NCBI GenBank assembly: GCA_003344405.1
Contig: NOWV01000120.1
Coordinates: 124,001-188,000 of the forward strand
DNA length: 64,000 bases
Reading direction: 5' to 3'
Source: Trichoplax sp. H2
Taxonomy: Eukaryota
Shown here: positions 55,101-64,000 of the stretch, piece by piece
How the letters are laid out: each line of letters opens with the position of its first letter
How positions within the stretch are numbered: position 1 is the stretch's first letter
The notes under the pieces: generated by a model
Database searches by the model: none
The model's input: the letters and a program-made list of their open reading frames with translations, nothing else
What the model was told of the DNA's origin: nothing
Translations under genes and position numbers: made by a program

Positions 55101-57032
55101 TAAGGCTCTGGGATCTGAGACTGATACATCTAATAGCCCAAGCATACAAAAGCCAACCAAGGTAAAAGAAAAGCCGCCTTCTCAAGTTTCAGATCCACCT
55201 AAGACTAGAAAAAGAGCTCAAAAGAGCAATGGACCAACTAAAACCAGTAACATAGCTAAGAAAAGTGCATTAAAAAAAGCCGACTCAGTTTCGTCCTCCA
55301 AAAAACCAGGTACTTATGTTGTGCTCACAAATGTGTTGATTTTTCTTGCTAAGTGATGGATTTTCTATAATTTAAAGCAAGAAAAGCCACCAAACTCCCT
55401 GATTTCAAAAAATTGCACGCTCAAAACTTCAGCAAGTACGTATTAAGGATTCTCTATTTGTTACACTATAATTTTCTGTCCTTTTTAACACAATGATGTA
55501 AATGGACTGTATTCACCAAGGGAGAAATTAGATTGTAAGACATACAGATAAAATCATATTACTCGTACAGTACGTTATTATTGACAGTATCCTTTCAGGT
55601 AGAAATTTTATTGGCCAATGAAGTAGATGAATTTTTGAAGTACATTTGACAACATCAGTGCATAATATTATCACTATTTATAATATCAGATTCGGCGAAT
55701 CACTAGATACTTATCTAGACAAGAAAAATAAAAGGCGGCAGTATTTAACGCAAAAACTGGTAATGAGAATCAAAAATTTAACTCTAATCTGTCTCTTAAT
55801 TCATGCAAGATTAGTCGATTCTGTCGTTTGATTGTATTTTATGACACATAATCGATATTTATGTATTCCATTTTGATAGCAAAATAGTGTTGAAAAGAGG
55901 AAAATTGTGAAAGAGCCTACTGTTAGCTTTTCAAGCCAAGTATGTGATATAATTATATTTTGTATACGAAGTTGCCTTAAGTCAGTTTGCTATGTGTATA
56001 ACATATTAAACCTATCATCATTATTAACTTAAAAAAGATTCCAGTACATTTCAACTTTTCATTAAACGATACAACAAAGACTGAATTCAATAATCGGACA
56101 CCATCACGTCGACACGCTAAGACACCAAATAAAAAGATTCGCAGTACAGTGGTATCATCAAAACAACCAAAAAGTAAGCAAAAATCTAAGGTCACTAGTT
56201 GATATTTCGTATTCAAATAATTATTTTGATAACAATATAATGGAGTATTAATTTTTATTTCCAATCTATGTTTTAAATTTAGCCCCTATGAGTTTTAAAA
56301 CGCCAAATAAGCGTATGAAGAATGCATCAATAAATCAAGCTCAAAGTAATGCATATTGCAGTATCGATTTAATTTAATTTGGCGCTGCAGTCAGATTGTG
56401 CAAGTATTTGTATTATATGTAATGTGGCCATATTTATTCGTGTAGCACCGTTACAACGAGTACAGTTTGAAGATAGCGCTTTTCAGAGAAGGAAAAATTA
56501 TGATTTATGCAGAAGGAAATCGATTGGTGCAACGTCAGCAAAGAAATTAGCTAGAGGTTAGACGATTTATTCAAGGGTTATTGTCCTTGATTCCTGAAAT
56601 TATTAAGCCTCAATTTTTTTTGAGATACATATGATTAGTAAATACTTTATGTTATGATCTGACAGAAAGAATAAGATCCATTCAAAATCATCCGAAAGAT
56701 AATACAGTCTCACACGAGATTGACGTCAAGAAAGTCAAAGTTCCAACCAGGTTCGCATTAAAAGCAATAAAATCGTCCTATGGGGTTGCGCCTACACTGT
56801 TACATTGAAATCAGTTATATCAGTGCAACATTAATGATTAGCCGTATTTTACTGTACTGAAATAAAAAACAAACTCTTCGTTATTCGTGAATAAGCATTC
56901 TCTATCATATAACTTTTACTAAAGAATTGATGTTTTCATATCAGGGAGCAGAGACGAAATAATGCTTTGAAAGACAGATCGAAAAAGAGAAACGACGCAG
57001 TGTTTGCTCGGCGTGGAATTCAACTACGTTAA
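52113..57032 (+). CDS. NUSAP1: Nucleolar and spindle-associated protein 1-like (N-terminal SAP-like domain, basic microtubule-binding C-terminus), multi-exon
   Basis: Exon 1 MSNFESLDELKALKRPQLQKLCKKHGIKAAGK plus exon at 53877 NIELIAALKRIL form the SAP-like helix pair. Central TPDFKKLHAQNFSK|FGESLDTYLDKKNKR matches the NuSAP signature TPxFKKLH..F..ES.D.Y. C-terminus REQRRNNALKDRSKKRNDAVFARRGIQLR* (TAA 57030-57032) matches the NuSAP ..RRG tail. Confidence 0.82.
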
Positions 57033-58001
57033 TGTATCGTACTCGTTCTGACTTAACAATATTATTCTTATGCATAAGCAGTATGTACTATGCACGAGTA
57101 AGCAACTTACCATTCTATCTAATGATCATTTTATAGATAATTTAATTCTATCTTTACCAATCGTTCGGTAAGCATCACACGTAGTATTTGCATCCCAAAT
57201 TATTAAAGTTTTAAACTGCATGCGTCTACCACAGTGTATGTCGATCATTACATCAGCTCGTTTTAGATAAGAACTGTGTCGTTTGACATATTATTTGGCG
57301 ACTGCTATAAAGTACCTTCTTTTTCCCCCCCCCCCCATTTTTATCATATGCCCTACATTTTCAATTTTTATTGTAAATATCCGTTAGTTGGTAAAAGTTT
57401 AACTGTGTAAGTTTCTCATTATAATTATTGCTTTAACGTTTATAAATAAAAATGAAATTAATAATTGTCAATGCTATTCTTATTACTATATTACGCTTGC
57501 TGAATCTTATCCATGTCCTTGTTTTCAAGTATGATACGTACTTACTTAATATAAATAGTGCAGCCCATTACTGTTTTTAGGTAAAATAAATATATGCCAA
57601 TCCTATAAATGTGTGTGGATCTGCTTCGTAAAAATTTCGAGTAGAATTCGACTATTTTCTACATGATCGGGTATGCTACGATATTTTATCCACGCATTAC
57701 TCCGGGATGAAAAGCCATCATTTATACAAGTAAATGAAGTTTTGTATTCACAATCTCAAAAACTTAGAATGTTTCGCACAATAGTACGAAATCATAATTT
57801 GCAGACACATATCATCAACTTTGTAGTAATAGGCGATTTATTAGAACAGCAAGTATGGTAGACACTTATTTTGCTCTACTCAATATGAAATTACCATAAT
57901 TGCAAGCGTACACAAAGGCGATCAAAATTAAACCATTTTCATATTTGAAGATTCGAATCAGTAAGTTATCAGCATTTAAATACAATATTGCCATCTAAGC
58001 G

Positions 58002-61000
58002 TTACTTCATTGTTGGCATAGCCGTAGGGGCTACTTTATCGGTGGCATCTTCTTCCCTCCAAAGGCTGGTGATAGTTTTCGTTTGGGTGTAGAATGCAAT
58101 ACCCTAATACGCATAAAATTATATTGCAGGCTCTTATTTAATAAATGTACATCAAATCAAAATCGAAGTTAAAATAAACATTACCGATTTGCCATAGAAG
58201 TTGGTGTCTCCTCTGAAAGAGCCTCTTGATCCAGTAAAAGCAAACATAGGCAAAGGAACCGGGATGGGAACGTTAATTCCGATCTATAATTACGAAATAC
58301 AATGATTTGAAGGTTAAAAAGTATATATCTAGCTTTAAGGTGTTAAAACAGATAATCCAATAAAATTTTAGTCGGTAATACACTTTCTTTTGGTCTAAAA
58401 TTGTTCAAATTAATACCTGGCCAACGTCGACTTCATTTTGAAATTTACGAGCAGCAGCTCCAGAGTTCGTAAAGACAGCAGTGCCGTTACCGTAGGGATT
58501 TTTATTGATTAGAGAAATGGCCTTTGCAAAGTAAGTTAAGAAAAATGTTAACATAATCCATCAAGAGAATTGATTTCAATAACTTCTTACCTCATCGAGG
58601 GTGTCAACATTTAATGTAACCAAAACAGGTCCAAATATTTCTTCCGTGTAACATTCCATATCCGGCTACATCATTTCAAATTACAGTTTTTAGAAATTAT
58701 AAATGGCAAACAAGAAGTAATTAAATGATATGCCACGAAAAATATACCTTCACGTCTGTTAATATTGTGGGTCCAACGAAATTTCCGTTTTCGTATCCTT
58801 TCACAGAGATATCTCGACCATCCAAAATAAGCTTTTTCATAATTAAAATATTTCATAATTAAAATATTTCTATCATTTTTATCTATATCTAGTCATTATA
58901 CGAAAAAGTAACAATAATCAAAACTAACTTATAGTAAACTAACCCCAGCACCTTCATTGACTCCACTTTGAACCAACTTGCAAACCCTATCTTTGGCTTC
59001 TGGAGTGATCAATGGGCCTAAATCAGCTTCAGGTTCAGCTCCTACAAGTTTTATGATAATAAATATAAAATGATGGGATTAGATATTCAATGGAAGTGAA
59101 GTCATATAATAATATAATCCTTCACGACTAGTGTCTATGTAATGTATCTTCGCACAACTTATTCCGTAATACCTTAATAGAATTACCTGCGCTAACTTTC
59201 AGTTTTTTCGCTCTCTCTACCAATTCAGGAATCCAGTTTTTAGTTTCACCAACAAAAACTGCAGTTGATAAAGCCATACATCTCTGTCCAGCGGCTCCAA
59301 AAGCAGCACCGCATAACTGAATTGAATAACTTAAATTAAAGAGAATGCTATAATACACCGAGTTTTACTAGCAAAGTACTAACGGCGTTAAGCGTTGCTT
59401 CTTTGTTCGCATCTGGCAAGATAACGCCATGGTTCTTAGCTCCCATGTTACTTTGTACTCGCTTTCCATTAGCTGAACCTCGTTCGTAAATGTACTCGCC
59501 CTAGTCATCATCATAGGTATTACGTAAGTACTACATTGAAGAAAATGTTAAAAAACCATGTTTTGAATGTGAACTAACAGCTTGATCAGAGCCCACAAAA
59601 GATACTGCTTTAATAACAGGGTTGTCAAGAATAAAGTTTACTGCTCTCTTGGCTCCATGAATTACGTTAACAGCACCATCTGGTATTCCAGCGTCTTGAG
59701 CCAATTTCATCATTAACATTACAGCACCAGGGTCACGTTCAGATGGCTTAATCACGGATGTGTTACCACAAACTAACGCCATTGGAAACATCTAATAATA
59801 ATTTATTACACAGTAATTATTTTTAGAACTGTTACAGGTGCAAAAGCAAGTCGTTTTATGTGTTTGCAACACGGAGCTTACCCACAACGGAATCATAGCA
59901 GGAAAATTAAACCTATAAGACATTAAGAACGGTTTGACAAAAAAGTTAATATTAACCTAAAGGCAGTCATCATTAAGTAACAATCCACGGTCGCATGATG
60001 GCTTATGTAAATTAACTTGTATTCAAATTCTACGTTAATTACGGAGTTATTCCTGCAGTCACGCCTAGTGGTATTCTGTAGGTATAGGTATCCATATCTT
60101 TCGCAACAGAAGGAAGGCTTTCACCTAACTGTAATGAGGTAATCGAACAGGCATGTTCTACGACCTCTATAAGAGATTGGTTGAAATCATGAGTTAAAAA
60201 TAATAGCATGAATAATATCCATTCGATCGTTATAAAATAGTACTTTTATCAAGTATTGCAATGTAAGAAACGCTATTAGATTTACAACAAGAATGAATCA
60301 TATTGTACTCTCAAATTTATACTACTCGCAGTTCAATCAATATCCTTACGCAGGCCGCGAAAAACATCCCCTTCTGCATCTAATAAAGTTTTGCCTTGCT
60401 CCTTCGTGATGATTTTAGCAATTTCAGGCTAGTAACAACCAATCATCAAGAGTTATTTAAGAATTAGATAACAATCTTACTAACCGCCAATAAAGTATCA
60501 ATTCATTACCGAATTTGTACGAATTAAATCTTGTAATTTGAACATAACTTGCTGACGTGTTAAAATTGATGTTTCCTTCCAAGACTGAAATGCTCTGTCG
60601 GCAGCAGCAACAGCGCTGTTCATTTCGCTATCTGTTGCACATGGCACCCTTGAGACCACTTCATTAGTAGCCTATGAAGTAATAATATAATGTATAACAG
60701 ATATCATAAAATAGCTGATAATTCAAGCATTTAAAACTTCGGTTCTGACAGAATAAATACCATATGTACATATATCACATATATATGGCAAATATACAGG
60801 AAGGTATAATAGAAATAAAGCCTGAAATTCGAGTATTAACTTTAAGAATAGACCTACAGGATCGTGAATGTCAATCCATTCGTTTGTTTGTGATTCAATG
60901 AATTTGCCATCAATAAAGAGTGGAGTTGTGGTCTGAAATATACAGAAAATAATATCAATCATGAATTGCATCATTACCATTAATTTAGCAGATTGATTAG

Positions 61001-61787
61001 TCGGTACAGCTAGATAACGTTTATAACAGCCTGTCTACTGAATAGTTAAGTTTATACGAGAGCTTACCGCAGATGCGTAGTTACGATAGAAGTGCAACCT
61101 GGACGCCTAATCATAAAACGAGATCGATTATAGTTAATTAAATATGCGTGCATGCGATAAGTACAGGTTAAGACTTGTTTGTACGAAGTAGTACGATTCG
61201 TATAATACTATAGCGAAAACTGTCCTTTATACTTTGTCTTCGTTAATGGATTTACAATGCACTTAGCTGTACTTTTACTATCATAGCTGCAATGATTACA
61301 AAGCTTTTTAAAGATTGGCTCATTTGGAGCAGAAAATACAGTGAGGGTTAGCCCTTAGAGAAGTGTTATCGTAACTAAAATGATCGTATGAAGCGAAATC
61401 TGGCTAGGATGGATAAAAAATCGCCGGTAGCTCGCAATACAATACAAAGCAATAGTATTCGTAGGATTTTGCCTTATCGATCTATTCCTGTAGATAGCTG
61501 CCATTATATCACCCACCAACGGGTGATACGTATCATTAGTAGAAATTTACTAGATATTCTCCGATCATTGCAATTGCTATAATTAACGCGTATTTAATTC
61601 AATGAACTATAACTTTAATTACGATCAATAACTATATTACAGATTGTATATAAGTGTGTTATATAATAGCTACAGTTTATTTTGTGTAAACTACCTGCTG
61701 TGAAACGTATTCGATCGAAGTTCAAGGTACATAATTCACGCTATTACGTGTGCAATATGCAGTAAGTCGCTGTGAGTTCGCAAACAT
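58002..61787 (-). CDS. ALDH6A1: Mitochondrial methylmalonate-semialdehyde dehydrogenase (acylating), multi-exon
   Basis: [94 protein letters not shown], catalytic [59 protein letters not shown] and AMPTMK* (TAA 58004-58002). Proposed presequence [29 protein letters not shown] from ATG 61787; the first exon is less certain. Confidence 0.95.
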
Positions 61788-63905
61788 GTTTATGTATTCA
61801 ACGTCATTCTGATGTACATCCGGCTTAGATGTTCCTATAGCTCGTGAAGTATATCTGTATATCCAACACTCCTGTATTAGGATAATCCATATTGCTAAGT
61901 TACTTTCCACTGTATCAAGGCGCAAAAGATACAGGTTACAGCTATTCTAATTATTTAACAGTTATAGCATAAATCTCTGTCAGCTGGAACATCATCAAAA
62001 CTGGAAATACTCGTCGGATTAAAATAATTCGTATCAATTGTTTTCCGTCACAACTTGCAGGGTATAGACAGTAGAGTACCGTCTAAATTTGATGCGTTGA
62101 TACTGGTGAAATGTAGCAGAACCTGTTTTACAGCACATGTACTACTGGCAGCTTTGATGCAACTTGTAGTACAATACTGCATACTAAAAGTCAGCGTAAT
62201 AAAAATATCATCTGAATGTCATAATGGTACACGTAATAAGCCTTTTTCAATTAGCTTGTCATTGTAGGATGAAAAGTATAGGATGCTACCAGGATATTTC
62301 TTTTAGTAATTCCTCATGGTGCAGTATCACAGCTTACGGCAGAAGATTTTTAATTAAAGGAGATTTATGATTCAATTTCATATTTGCTATTGCTTTGCTC
62401 CATACGCGAGATGAAAAGCGAAGTTAGGTGGTACTGTAATTACTCTAATGTTGTCTGATTAAAATCGCATTCTTCTAGTACACATCATCATGTGGCTAAT
62501 TAAAAGTCCCTCAATGATATAATTCCTTAGTTTTTATTAGTATCGATACTACTTTCATGTCCTATATCCTACAAGCGAGTTGGAATAACAGCGTAATTCT
62601 GGAGGTGGGTTTCATGATTCTATCAATGTCTCTTTTATCAACTGTATAGGCTTTAGCAGTGATACAAGCCCATATTCCAATGATTACCATTTATCGTCAA
62701 CAACTGTCCAAAGTAGACATGGCTACGTGAATTAGTATCGTTTTGCAGAATATGATAATTAATAAGAGTAACGATAGTAAATTAAATTAATGTACTCGTA
62801 TTCACTGACAGATCTACGGACAGTGTTGTACGGGATTGGCACTTTGTCAGTAAACATCTGCATACAGTAAGATGATAATTAAGAAACGGACAACCATCAC
62901 AAATGCTGGACGATATTGGATGATCAAAAGTAAAACTTGAAAGCAGAAAGAGAGAGATCTACTTTTATGTCTAGAGCAGTAATTACTGATCACTTTTAAT
63001 GAATTCATTACCATCGCTGTTCGATTTACTCAATTACTCTAAATGTACTGTATCGTAAGCTGGAAACACATGTTGCGTTAGCCACGTTCCAATGAGAATT
63101 TTTTGAAGGGATTTAGTAAACTAGAAAGTATTGTGATAAAGGAATGGAAAGACTTTGAGAACCATAACTAACACCTTATTAACGAGGCTGGTAAAGCAAT
63201 CATTCTATACAAGTAACACAAGGATCAATAATCAACCAAAGGACTGGCCGATCCAAGACATATTTCACCAACTGTATTGACAATATTTTATCCTATCAAG
63301 CCCAATCACAAACTGATAAGAAAGTAGTGATATGAATTGTTGCGAAAGCGTGCACGCTGTTTTCTGAGTCTATAGCAATAGTTTTAGTCTTCCTTTTGTT
63401 GTGGTAGATGAAAATGATCTTTTGGAAGTGTCGTAGCTCCTCAGGAATAACTATCCAATACCCTCTGGTCGAATAATTAATTGATCGATCAATACTACTC
63501 CGTCACGTTCACAATTTGGTGTCATTTAGGAGCACCTTGATCAATCAATCTCTACCCAAGTCTACGCAAGTGTACCCATTTCTACGACGATTTTCTTCTT
63601 TACTAGACCTACTTTATTCACTAAATGGTCATGTTGATGACGTCGATGTATTCCATGTTACTATTCAAACGCCATGGGTAATATCTTATTGCTGTAGGAC
63701 AGTCCACTGTTGATTGCAATTCTGCTACTGTATTTTACTGAATTTGTACCTTAGTGATCAAGACGCAGTTACGCCAATTCTATTGTACAGCAAGTCAAAA
63801 TTATGATGTACAACAATTTTCAAATGGAGCATATAGGATGAAATAGAGCTCAACTAAATGTTTACATTCAAGACTGAAGTAAAATCCATTTCCTAGTAGA
63901 AATAC

Positions 63906-64000
63906 CTGCTTTGCAATTTGCGAAATTCTTGACCTAGCAGAGAGCATTTTTTTTCCTTCTTTGATTGCAAGTGCGAGCTGGAAGTCTGTGGCCAGATAAT
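63906..64000 (-). CDS. Possible exon of an unidentified gene entering from the right edge
   Basis: Open frame YLATDFQLALAIKEGKKMLSARSRISQIAKQ, higher in GC than its flanks, ending in CAG|gtattt. No family recognised. Confidence 0.35.

Noticed and set aside
61722..61925. ORF 61722-61925 as a separate gene
   Set aside because: Its distal part (from ATG 61787) is better explained as ALDH6A1 exon 1 encoding a mitochondrial presequence.

Overview
AT-rich eukaryotic genomic DNA with dense genes and many ~70-300 nt GT-AG introns. The style resembles an early-branching animal such as the placozoan Trichoplax; that is an inference from composition, not a database match. Five spliced genes can be rebuilt by hand. 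(1) An extended-synaptotagmin/tricalbin-like SMP + multi-C2 gene (minus, ATG 9966, running off the window start). (2) A complete ~80-exon DNAH14-type axonemal dynein heavy chain (plus, 12178-43001). (3) TMEM87 (minus, 51469-44286). (4) NUSAP1-like (plus, 52113-57032). (5) ALDH6A1/MMSDH (minus, 61787-58002). There may also be an exon of another gene at the right edge. Most supplied ORFs are single exons read on into introns, or antisense noise. I found no prokaryotic system, CRISPR array, rRNA/tRNA or recognisable transposase, and no wholly new multi-gene system. The most notable observations are: a minor-spliceosome (U12) intron with rare AT-AA ends in TMEM87; dynein introns grown by tandem duplication of the 3' splice site itself (an 8-copy acceptor array, a second decoy acceptor, and a 15-nt in-frame tandem acceptor); a 10-aa [KR]-R/K-x-S repeat array plus an RVxF motif inserted in the dynein tail; an RFX X-box + Myb site upstream of the dynein; and a compact bidirectional TMEM87/NUSAP1 promoter with stacked palindromes, Myb + CHR sites and (CACTGTA)n arrays.
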